64,000 nucleotides of DNA. Origin: Balanoglossus misakiensis (Eukaryota > Animalia > Hemichordata). Where the stretch lies: contig JBECUI020000037.1 of assembly GCA_040954595.2 (NCBI GenBank), forward strand, positions 1 to 64,000. The letters are read 5' to 3'. This document shows, in pieces, positions 42,598 through 50,890 of this stretch. The translations under genes were made by a program, and so were the position numbers. The notes under the pieces are model-generated. The model was not told the DNA's origin, made no database searches, and saw nothing but the letters and a program-made list of their open reading frames with translations. The stretch's first letter is position 1. Each line of letters starts with the position of its first letter.

Positions 42598-44250
42598 TCA
42601 GTACTCGTGGTACCGAAAATATTTAAAGTCGGCGTAATGCTTCCTGTGGGAAAGATCAAAGCAATACATAGCAACAAATTGACCGGTAAATCCCATGGGA
42701 ACTGCATATTCGTCTGATAGTTTCGCACTGTCATACATTTTGCCACAGGGCTGATAGGGTTCTTCCGCAACTTTCCAGTAAAACTGAATCTTGCGATTAT
42801 CAATTTCAACTTTGAGAGTTATAGTTTGATTTGCTACTGGCATGTATTCGCTAGTAAGAACTCCACGGTCAAAGATGCTTACTCCCAGCATGGTATTGCC
42901 GTCTTGGTAATAGGTTCCGCAGTATATTTGGTTTTGCTCATCGTAGCGAAGCATAAGCCCGGCTTGTTGTAGGTGACTGCTGGGCGTGAAATCGTATTGT
43001 GTTTCGGCCATGACTCTTGTTGAACAGACACGGCAGGCAATGATGGATTGTTCAAATGTGCTTAATGGTGATTCCTTGCCGTAGATGCGTAAACAGCCAG
43101 GACTTAAACGAGAAAAAGATTCTGCCGGTACACGAAGTGATTGGAAACTGTCGTGAAGTTTCTTCTCTTGAAAGGTCGTTGTAAATGAACGAGAGAGAGC
43201 TGCCTTGTCGGCGGGAGCATCCGGTAGTGTAACTTCACTTTGTACGGAAGAATGCTTTAAGCGTGGCCACTCGTTTTTTTCCCATATTACCGGCTGTAAA
43301 CCCGTTTCCCGACCAAGTGGACAATGGGTTGTTCCCACAAGAGGTCTGCCCATGAGGTGAGCAAGAACCCATTCCTTGCCGTGAATATGACAAAGACAGC
43401 CATGTCCGGTCTTCTGTGGAAGGCTATGAAAAGTTGATGGTACGTTTTCGCGTGCAATGTCGATCTTGCCACTTTGCCAATGTGCTTCAATGGCTTTGCT
43501 TATTGTTCTGTCGGTAATTGCAGTTGCTAACGGACCGTGTGGGCATGCCGTGTAGGGACCGGTAATAGTTTTCGAACGTGCAACAAGAGATGCATGTTGG
43601 TAGGAGGTGCCCCCTTCGGCAACAAGAAGATAATAGTAATCGTCTTTATAATAAAGATGTGGCCCCTCAGTAAGGCCAAGATCGGTGCCTGCAAAAATAT
43701 GGTGAGTGTTACCAACGAGGCTTTGCTTTTCGTGTTTGTATTCCTGTAAGACAATGCCTGCAAATGGATTATGGTCTAAACGCCAATCCCAAGTCATGTT
43801 TAGTAGCCATTTTTTTCCAGTCTGCGGATCGTGGAATAATGAGGCGTCAAACCCACTGTTGTTTAGAAAGATGGGTTCAGACCAGTTGCCAGTAATTGAA
43901 GAAGATGTAACCAGAAAGTTTGGAGTGTCCATAAAATACGTCATGCGATTCAAATTGAATACGTTCTTCCAGTTGCGATTTATCGTATAAATAAGCCAAA
44001 ATTGCTTGTCTGCGTATGTGAGACAGGGCGCCCAGATTCCCCCAGAAGCAGGTATGCCACGTAGGTCTAGTTGACTGGTACGAGTAAGAATTCGGGTGCA
44101 AAAATGCCAGTCACGCAGGTTTATTGATGACCAGACTTCGACGCCGGGGAACCACTCGAAGGTGGAGTTCGCAATGTAGTAGACATCATCAACCTTAAGA
44201 ATAGACGGATCGGGATGAAAGCCTGGTATTATCGGATTAGTTACACGCAT
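42598..44250 (-). CDS. GH43 beta-xylosidase/alpha-arabinofuranosidase (XynB-like)
   Basis: NPIIPGFHPDPS, STFEWFPG, GGIWAP, GFDASLF, TEGPH, LGRET, GFTG C-terminal domain. Confidence 0.92.
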   Translation of the reverse strand: MRVTNPIIPGFHPDPSILKVDDVYYIANSTFEWFPGVEVWSSINLRDWHFCTRILTRTSQLDLRGIPASGGIWAPCLTYADKQFWLIYTINRNWKNVFNLNRMTYFMDTPNFLVTSSSITGNWSEPIFLNNSGFDASLFHDPQTGKKWLLNMTWDWRLDHNPFAGIVLQEYKHEKQSLVGNTHHIFAGTDLGLTEGPHLYYKDDYYYLLVAEGGTSYQHASLVARSKTITGPYTACPHGPLATAITDRTISKAIEAHWQSGKIDIARENVPSTFHSLPQKTGHGCLCHIHGKEWVLAHLMGRPLVGTTHCPLGRETGLQPVIWEKNEWPRLKHSSVQSEVTLPDAPADKAALSRSFTTTFQEKKLHDSFQSLRVPAESFSRLSPGCLRIYGKESPLSTFEQSIIACRVCSTRVMAETQYDFTPSSHLQQAGLMLRYDEQNQIYCGTYYQDGNTMLGVSIFDRGVLTSEYMPVANQTITLKVEIDNRKIQFYWKVAEEPYQPCGKMYDSAKLSDEYAVPMGFTGQFVAMYCFDLSHRKHYADFKYFRYHEY

Positions 44251-45090
44251 TTATTCTTTTATTGCTCCAATGTTAATTCCTGCAATGATGTAACGGGATA
44301 GTATGGAAAAAAGAATGATGATGGGAATGATAGAAATAGCAATGCCAAGATAGACGGCACCAAAATCTGTTTTGTAGGTAGTTGAGTTTAACGTTGCAAT
44401 GGTCATGGGAACCGTATATTTGTCTTCCGAAAAAATAATGATGAGTGGAAGTAAATAGTTGTTCCAGATGGCGACAAAGGTGAAAATTGCAAAGGTTGCC
44501 ATGCCGGGTGAAAGAATGGGGATGCTGATACGATGAAAAATATAAAATTCGCTAGCCCCGTCAATGCGAGCGGCTTGGAGAATGTCGACGGGTAATGCAC
44601 CTTGAGTGTATTGTACCATAAAGAATACGCCAAAGGCGTTGGCGATGGAGGGGATGATAAGTGGGATGTAGCTATCAATCAGCTTGAATTGATTCATGAG
44701 CTCGAAGAAACCAATAAGACCGAGCTGTTGAGGAACCATGATTACCCCGAGAATAATGGCAAGCAGTATGCGGCGAAAGGGGAAACGGTACACAACAAAA
44801 CCATAGGCGGTGAGCGTTGAGAAATACATGGCAAGCAAAGTTGCGGGAAATGCGATTATTGCACTGTTCAGAGTGCTGCGGAAGATGTCAACATCGTTGC
44901 TTAGTGTTTTGTAGTTGTTGAATATTTCTCCACCCGGCAATAGGCTAATGCCTGAATTGATGTCGGCACTTGAACGGGTGCTGTTGTTCAACATTAAGTA
45001 AAAAGGAATGATGCAGAGTAGGGCTGTGAGTATCAGTATTAGATGTATGAGAAAACGTCCAATAGCTTGCCTGCGTACCCCACCTTGCAT
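44251..45090 (-). CDS. Carbohydrate ABC permease (MalG-type)
   Basis: ILQAARIDGA, WNNYLLP, GINIGAIKE. Confidence 0.92.
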   Translation of the reverse strand: MQGGVRRQAIGRFLIHLILILTALLCIIPFYLMLNNSTRSSADINSGISLLPGGEIFNNYKTLSNDVDIFRSTLNSAIIAFPATLLAMYFSTLTAYGFVVYRFPFRRILLAIILGVIMVPQQLGLIGFFELMNQFKLIDSYIPLIIPSIANAFGVFFMVQYTQGALPVDILQAARIDGASEFYIFHRISIPILSPGMATFAIFTFVAIWNNYLLPLIIIFSEDKYTVPMTIATLNSTTYKTDFGAVYLGIAISIIPIIILFSILSRYIIAGINIGAIKE

Positions 45091-45093
45091 TTT

Positions 45094-45990
45094 TTATTCT
45101 AGTCTCCTTCGATGAATAAGACGGAAATAAATAAGTGAAAAAATTAGTATTAAGAGAAAGAGGATGTACGCCACAGAGGATGAATACCCAAAGCGTTCAT
45201 ACCGGAAGGCGGTTCGATAGAGATGGGTAACGGCTGTGTTCATTGATCCTTCGGGATTGCCGGAGCCGACGGGGAATGCGATGACATGGGGTATGTCAAA
45301 TAATTGCATGCCACCAATAAGCGAAGTGATAAAAACAAAAACAAGGATTGGGCGAAGAAGCGGCATGGTGATGGCACGGAATACTTGACCGTTGGTGGCA
45401 CCGTCAACTGCAGCTGCTTCGTAGAAACTATGGGGGATGGCGTTCATTCCTGCCATAAAGAGAATCATTGTATATCCAAACCATATCCATGTTTGAATAA
45501 GAGAAACAATGAATTGTGCCTGCACCCCTTGTCCGAGCCAATAAATATAAAGGTCAGTGTTCTTGCCGAACAGTAACTGATTCAGAAAACCGTTTTGCCA
45601 GTCAAGTAATACGCTAAAGAGTAGTGCAAGGGAGGCGGCTGTTACTAAATTCGGAAAGAAAAAAATCGCCCGAAAAAATGATACGCCGCGCACCTTGTAA
45701 CTGCGGTTTGTTAACCAAAAGGCAAATAGTAATGCCAACCCAATTTGCATTACTATGTTTGGTGCCCATATGCGCCACGTGTTGAGAAATGCCTTCCAAA
45801 AAAATTCATCACTGAAGATTGAAATGTAGTTTTTCATTCCTACCCATACCGGGTCGGAGAGTCCGTCGTATTTTGTAAAACTGAGATAGAGCGTGTACAG
45901 TATGGGATAGAGATGAAATGTTATAAATACTGCAAAGAAAGGAAGAATAAACAAATAGCCGTAGAGTTGTAATGTACCCTTTCTTTTCAC
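45094..45990 (-). CDS. Carbohydrate ABC permease (MalF-type)
   Basis: GYLFILP, WVGMKNY, FYEAAAVDGA, IGGMQLFD. Confidence 0.92.
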   Translation of the reverse strand: MKRKGTLQLYGYLFILPFFAVFITFHLYPILYTLYLSFTKYDGLSDPVWVGMKNYISIFSDEFFWKAFLNTWRIWAPNIVMQIGLALLFAFWLTNRSYKVRGVSFFRAIFFFPNLVTAASLALLFSVLLDWQNGFLNQLLFGKNTDLYIYWLGQGVQAQFIVSLIQTWIWFGYTMILFMAGMNAIPHSFYEAAAVDGATNGQVFRAITMPLLRPILVFVFITSLIGGMQLFDIPHVIAFPVGSGNPEGSMNTAVTHLYRTAFRYERFGYSSSVAYILFLLILIFSLIYFRLIHRRRLE

Positions 45991-46010
45991 ATGTTCCGTC
46001 CTAGCAGACT

Positions 46011-46034
46011 GGGGGCTGCTTCATAACAGCCCCC
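46011..46034 (-). terminator. Intercistronic hairpin after the SBP gene (partial terminator or mRNA stabiliser)
   Basis: GGGGCTG..CAGCCCC stem between the SBP and permease genes. Confidence 0.55.
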
Positions 46035-46047
46035 GTCGTTGTTAATT

Positions 46048-47304
46048 CTAATAATTGCTTACATTCAGGTCCGGGAATGCGTTACGCACTTCCGACAAGA
46101 AAGTATCAATGGCATCTTCCTTAGTTGCTAGTCCATCAACATAAGAGAGAACAGCATTGACCATAAATGCGTTTATGTCCAGATCATAGGGTGTGAGCAG
46201 CTCGCCGTTGACGATACTTGCCTGACTGAAGAAATAGTCATAGTGGTTCTGTCCATTCAGATACGGTTCGGAAAAAGTATCTTTGATTTCGTTAATAACG
46301 GCGGCATTACCAAGGAAATCTCCGGTTTCCGTTGCCCACCACTTTAGGAAGTCTTTGTCTAGTGTCATCATTTTAATAAAATTCCACGCCATTTCTTTGT
46401 TCGTAGAATCTTTGTTGATGCCAAGCCAGGTTCCACCCCAGAAATAAGGTGCGGGACCAGACGTTAGTCCCCAATCGCCGGAACTGTCGGGTGCATTGGC
46501 TTTTAATACATAATGCAGCCCCCATGTCGGTAGGGCGAAACCAAAAACATTGCTGTCTTTTTTCATTGCCTCAAACCATGGGGGAGACCACTGTCCTAGT
46601 TTTGCTTCCAAATCTTCATCACGAAGTGTTTTTCCTATATCGAAATATTCTAATACTGCGGGATCAAGTTGAAAGTCATTGCCGACTACCCAAGGGAGTT
46701 TACGCTGGGCGAGTATAATGAATTGCAGGTCGGATATGCCGGTGATAATTTTAATTTCTCCGCCCGATTGGTCGCGTAGTAGCCGTGCGGTACTGAGGAG
46801 CTTGTCAAAACTGTTTAACATATTGCCTACCTCTGTCGGATCATCTGTTCCAAGATATTGCTTGGCGATACTGCGACGAAAGAAAAATCCACCTGCAGTG
46901 GATTGCCACGAAAGGGCACGAACCTCACCGTTGACATCTGAACCAACTGAGACAACATAATCAACTAAATCACTCAGGTCGCTTGCTTGTAGACGAGGAG
47001 TTAAAGAATCATAGAGCCCATCCTCTACAAATTTTTTGATGTATGCTGCTTCTCCGGTAAAGACGTCGGGTGCATTCGCACCGCTTCTGAGTACAGGACG
47101 AAGCTTTGTTTGATACTCTTCGTTTGGAACAATGGTATACTCAACTTCAATTCCAGGGTATAGTTCCTTAAAACGTTCGATGGGCCGTTCCAACTCGTCA
47201 GTAAATGACCATATTCGTAATACGCTCGGGGCTGCTTCTCCGGCACAACTACCAATAAATAGCACAAGGATTAGCACTGCTAAATAAATGATGCCTTGTT
47301 TCAT
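46048..47304 (-). CDS. Carbohydrate ABC substrate-binding lipoprotein
   Basis: IGSC lipobox, IWSFTDE, APDVF, WGGTWLGI; AGGAGG RBS. Confidence 0.9.
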   Translation of the reverse strand: MKQGIIYLAVLILVLFIGSCAGEAAPSVLRIWSFTDELERPIERFKELYPGIEVEYTIVPNEEYQTKLRPVLRSGANAPDVFTGEAAYIKKFVEDGLYDSLTPRLQASDLSDLVDYVVSVGSDVNGEVRALSWQSTAGGFFFRRSIAKQYLGTDDPTEVGNMLNSFDKLLSTARLLRDQSGGEIKIITGISDLQFIILAQRKLPWVVGNDFQLDPAVLEYFDIGKTLRDEDLEAKLGQWSPPWFEAMKKDSNVFGFALPTWGLHYVLKANAPDSSGDWGLTSGPAPYFWGGTWLGINKDSTNKEMAWNFIKMMTLDKDFLKWWATETGDFLGNAAVINEIKDTFSEPYLNGQNHYDYFFSQASIVNGELLTPYDLDINAFMVNAVLSYVDGLATKEDAIDTFLSEVRNAFPDLNVSNY

Positions 47305-47429
47305 TATTTTCCTCCTTAGTCTACAATGCAGCTTTTTTTGATACTGCCTAAGTTTGTATCACATGCTACAAGAAATAATATCTCTTTATACTATAATGTA
47401 CCTTTTAATATTGTCAATAGACTCCTTCT

Positions 47430-48746
47430 TTAATTTGTTGTTGTTCCGGAAGTTTTTTCTACTGTTACTTCGTAGTTATGGATAGCAACAATCCCTTTTC
47501 CACCCTGCAACTCTGTTCCTAATTCAATGCTTCCAACATGGTCTGTTACCAGACCGTCTTCGTAGTCAAAGTACCCATTGTTTTTTGCATAATCAAGAAA
47601 TAATTTTACATCAACAGTTGTTTGTATGGTGGTTTGGGGACCATCATGCATGAAGTCCCTGTTTCTGGCATCGGCACTGGTTTTTAGTACGAATACCGTG
47701 TAATCACCAAGACCGGTTGGACCTGCGCCATCATATAACATATAGTTTTCCGGGATGCCATCATTACCCATACCATCTAGGAGAATATTCTCTTCCACCT
47801 TTTGTCCTGCAGGGAACATGTCGTTTCTTCGAAGCCATATATGAAATTCGTGTATTTTTGTAGTAACATTTCTGGGAACAATGCTCGGACGAACATCCTT
47901 ATCGTATAGCCATACCTCTATTCCTAAATTGTAGGAAGGACTGAAACGAGCTTCGGGGTCAGGTTCTTCAATAACGTTTGAAAGATTCATTTCTAAATCT
48001 ATGGTAGTTTCTAACTTTGTTATATCCCCGAGTTGAGCCACAAGACTGCTATCAGTAGACCATTTCGACCATGGACGATGGCCGAATAGAATTGCAGGAA
48101 ATGAAATAACGCCGTTCCTGGACCAGACAAAGAACCAGCCAAGTGGGAAGGTGGGTTTGTCTGATGAGTTTTTCAGCGCAAAAATTTTCTGAAATGATTG
48201 CTCGCTGGGATAATCAGGTACTATGCCGATATTCCAGAGATTGTTTACTAACTCAAAACGAGAGCGATTGCTTGTCGTTAGATCGCCGTTCCCATCTGTA
48301 TATGGGACAGGAGTTTTCGGACCAAAATAGAATCGTGAATTGGTACCATCTGCAATAATAAATTTGTCTTCGTTAATATTCTCTTCGTCGCAAAGTCCAA
48401 GCCTTACGCTATCATATTGGCAAATGTAGTCCGGAATTGTGGTACCACCACCACCGCCGTCGGTTCCACCACCGCCATCGGTTCCACCACCGCCATCGGT
48501 TCCACCACCGCCATCGGTTCCACCACCGCCATCGGTTCCGCCACCGCCATCGGTTCCACCACCGCCATCGGTTCCACCACCGCCATCGGTTCCGCCACCG
48601 CCATCGGTTCCACCACCGCCATCGGTTCCACCACCGTCGGTTCCACCACCGTCCAGATCGCCGATTGCATCTGTAAGAATAAGATCACAACTAAACAGTA
48701 ATGGAATACTTAGAAATAAAACAAATACAATAATTATACTTTTCAT
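47430..48746 (-). CDS. GH12-like endoglucanase lipoprotein with a Gly/Thr/Asp linker
   Basis: LFSC lipobox, NNLWN, FPAILFGHRPW, YNLGIEVWL, EFHIW (nucleophile), SIELGTE (acid/base). Confidence 0.7.
   Translation of the reverse strand: MKSIIIVFVLFLSIPLLFSCDLILTDAIGDLDGGGTDGGGTDGGGGTDGGGGTDGGGGTDGGGGTDGGGGTDGGGGTDGGGGTDGGGGTDGGGGTDGGGGGTTIPDYICQYDSVRLGLCDEENINEDKFIIADGTNSRFYFGPKTPVPYTDGNGDLTTSNRSRFELVNNLWNIGIVPDYPSEQSFQKIFALKNSSDKPTFPLGWFFVWSRNGVISFPAILFGHRPWSKWSTDSSLVAQLGDITKLETTIDLEMNLSNVIEEPDPEARFSPSYNLGIEVWLYDKDVRPSIVPRNVTTKIHEFHIWLRRNDMFPAGQKVEENILLDGMGNDGIPENYMLYDGAGPTGLGDYTVFVLKTSADARNRDFMHDGPQTTIQTTVDVKLFLDYAKNNGYFDYEDGLVTDHVGSIELGTELQGGKGIVAIHNYEVTVEKTSGTTTN
48444..48653 (-). repeat. 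18-bp coding tandem repeat (GGGGTD)n
   Basis: Nine units of CC(A/G)CCACCGCCATCGGTT at 48466-48627 plus shorter flanking variants. Confidence 0.95.
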
Positions 48747-48903
48747 ATAATACCTCTAAATGCATTATATACTATTAATAAAATAAATGAATAGTATATA
48801 ATATGTATTTTAATAAAATTAATAGATATTATTTAATGATATTGTAGGTCTATCTTAAAATGGATCAAGCAATAACTGAGATAGTGAGGGGGAAGGCTGG
48901 TCA

Positions 48904-48934
48904 AACAACAGCAAAGCTAAACTCTGCTGTTGTT
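48904..48934. terminator. Hairpin, possible terminator
   Basis: AACAACAGCA..TGCTGTTGTT stem. Confidence 0.45.
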
Positions 48935-48985
48935 CGGCTACTGCACTGTTAAGCGTTTTGAAATTGTTTTTTGGTATATTTCCTG

Positions 48986-49296
48986 CCATCCACAACCCCC
49001 ACCCATCAGGGGTGGTATTAAGAACTACCACAAAAAGTGGCTGTTTGCTTGAGGTTTGCGAGGATATTTATCAATTTTTTTTTGTATAATGCCCCATCCA
49101 CAACCCCCACCCATTCAGGGGTGGTATTAAGAATTACCACAAAAAGTGGCTGTTTGCTTGAGGTTTGCGAGGATATTTATCAATTTTTTTTTGTATAATG
49201 CCCCATCCACAACCCCCACCCATCAGGGGTGGTATTAAGAATTACCACAAAAAGTGGCTGTTTGCTTGAGGTTTGCGAGGATATTTATCAATTTTT
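48986..49296. repeat. Intergenic ~108-bp tandem repeat, about three near-identical copies
   Basis: Units start at 48986, 49094 and 49203; each contains CCACCC-atca-g-GGGTGG and CCAC-aaaaa-GTGG hairpins. Confidence 0.95.
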
Positions 49297-49389
49297 CAAC
49301 TCTTAATTCACAACGCATCAGAGGTACTTGTTTCCGTTCAAACGGAGATCTGTCTACCGCTTTTGATGTAGATTGTATCATTTATTTTT

Positions 49390-50712
49390 TTATTTGCTTT
49401 GTTGAATAGTCTTTTGATAGTAGTAATAACTGTCTTTCGGTATGCGCTTTAATGTTTTGAAGTCGCAGTATACAATGCCAAAACGTTTTGAATACCCGAA
49501 AGACCATTCAAAATTATCAATGATGGACCATAGAAAATATCCCTTTAATGGTATATCTTCTGCAATAGCTTGCTTGCAGGCTTGTAAATGTTGCTGCAAG
49601 AAGTGTATGCGTCCAAAGTCGTGTACCTGATTGTCGACACTAAGCACATCGTTCCATGAAGAACCGTTTTCGGTAATATACAAGTCCATGCCGTCTGTTT
49701 CTTTGTTGACGAAGCGTAGTAGACGTAACATACCATCAGGTACAATTGGCCATGGCATCTCAGTATGCGGAACTTTTGGTGACTCCAGGACAAACTTTTC
49801 CGGGGCTGATGCCTTATATTTTGCCAATGGTTCCGTGTAATAGTTTAGTCCGAAGAAATCGACTTTTTCTGCCATAATTTTCATATCATTTTGCTGAATG
49901 GGCATCGTTATTTTTTGTGCTTTGAGATGCCGTTCAGGATAGTCTTTGCCGATAAGTGGGTTCAGGAACATGCGGGTGTCGCGATCGGCAGCGCGGTCAG
50001 CAGCTTGTATATCTGCCTTCGTATTACTTGCAGGACAGGGAAGACCGAGATTGAGTGCGGTTCCTATTTTCCCCTGGTAGTTGCCGCTCCGAAATGCTTG
50101 CACGGCAAGACCATGTGATAAGTTGAGGTGGTGAATAGCCTTGTATGCCCGGCCCTTATTCTTAATGCCCGGTGCATGGATGCCCCAGAGATAACCGAGA
50201 ATAGCGCTACACCAAGGCTCGTTTTGCGGGATCCACATTGCGACTTTTTTGTGGAATCGCTGGAATATTTCTTGTGCATAATCGGCAAAATAATACGCAG
50301 TATCGCGGTTTGACCAGCCACCTTTTTCTTCTAATGCTTGGGGGAGCTCCCAGTGATACAGAGTAACACATGGCTGTATGCCCGCTTTTTTTAATGCATC
50401 AATGAGACGCTTATAATAGTCTAGTCCCTGCTCGTTGATGGCACCGGTTCCATCAGGAAATATACGAGACCAAGAAATGGAAAATCGATATGAACCTACG
50501 CCGAGATCCTTCATGAGTGCTATGTCTTCTTCATAGCGATGGTAGGCATCAACTGCAACGGAACCGTTTTCTCCTGCATAAACCTTACCGGGCTTACGAG
50601 AAAAAACATCCCAAGATGATTCACCACAGCCATATAGTTTTCGATTTGTTGCACCTTCCACTTGATAAGCTGCACTTGCACAACCCCATAGAAAGTTATT
50701 GGGAAACGTCAT
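49390..50712 (-). CDS. GH1 beta-glucosidase
   Basis: FLWGCASAAYQVEG, YRFSISWSRI, TLYHWELP, NEP, ITENG, WSIIDNFEW; GGAGG RBS. Confidence 0.95.
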   Translation of the reverse strand: MTFPNNFLWGCASAAYQVEGATNRKLYGCGESSWDVFSRKPGKVYAGENGSVAVDAYHRYEEDIALMKDLGVGSYRFSISWSRIFPDGTGAINEQGLDYYKRLIDALKKAGIQPCVTLYHWELPQALEEKGGWSNRDTAYYFADYAQEIFQRFHKKVAMWIPQNEPWCSAILGYLWGIHAPGIKNKGRAYKAIHHLNLSHGLAVQAFRSGNYQGKIGTALNLGLPCPASNTKADIQAADRAADRDTRMFLNPLIGKDYPERHLKAQKITMPIQQNDMKIMAEKVDFFGLNYYTEPLAKYKASAPEKFVLESPKVPHTEMPWPIVPDGMLRLLRFVNKETDGMDLYITENGSSWNDVLSVDNQVHDFGRIHFLQQHLQACKQAIAEDIPLKGYFLWSIIDNFEWSFGYSKRFGIVYCDFKTLKRIPKDSYYYYQKTIQQSK

Positions 50713-50890
50713 TGGATCCACCTCCATTTGTTAACTAAACATTATCATACAATGTCTCTGATGGTCTAGATATAGAGAGTAAAATTTTGTGAAACTACGT
50801 AAGAAATATTGTTGTATACATTGCAAGGAATAGGCATTAATAGATATTGGTAAAAAACTTTGTTGTAGTTACGGAAACTTTATTCCCGGA

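Noticed and set aside
39732-42637. Several short ORFs
   Set aside because: They lie within or overlap the 23S rRNA gene
14375-47419. Shared 15-mer TTAATATTGTCAATA at 14375 and 47405 upstream of two SBP genes
   Set aside because: AT-rich, contains a reverse TTGACA promoter box, and lies in opposite orientation relative to the two SBP genes; insufficient evidence for a common operator
48404-48750. Poly-Pro, His/Arg-rich, TAIGST and VEPMAV repeat ORFs
   Set aside because: Alternative frames of the stop-free 18-bp GGGGTD repeat
48986-49296. CRISPR array or replication origin
   Set aside because: The units are identical along their whole length with no unique spacers and no cas genes. The ATCCACA motifs are poor DnaA boxes and no dnaA or rep gene is nearby.
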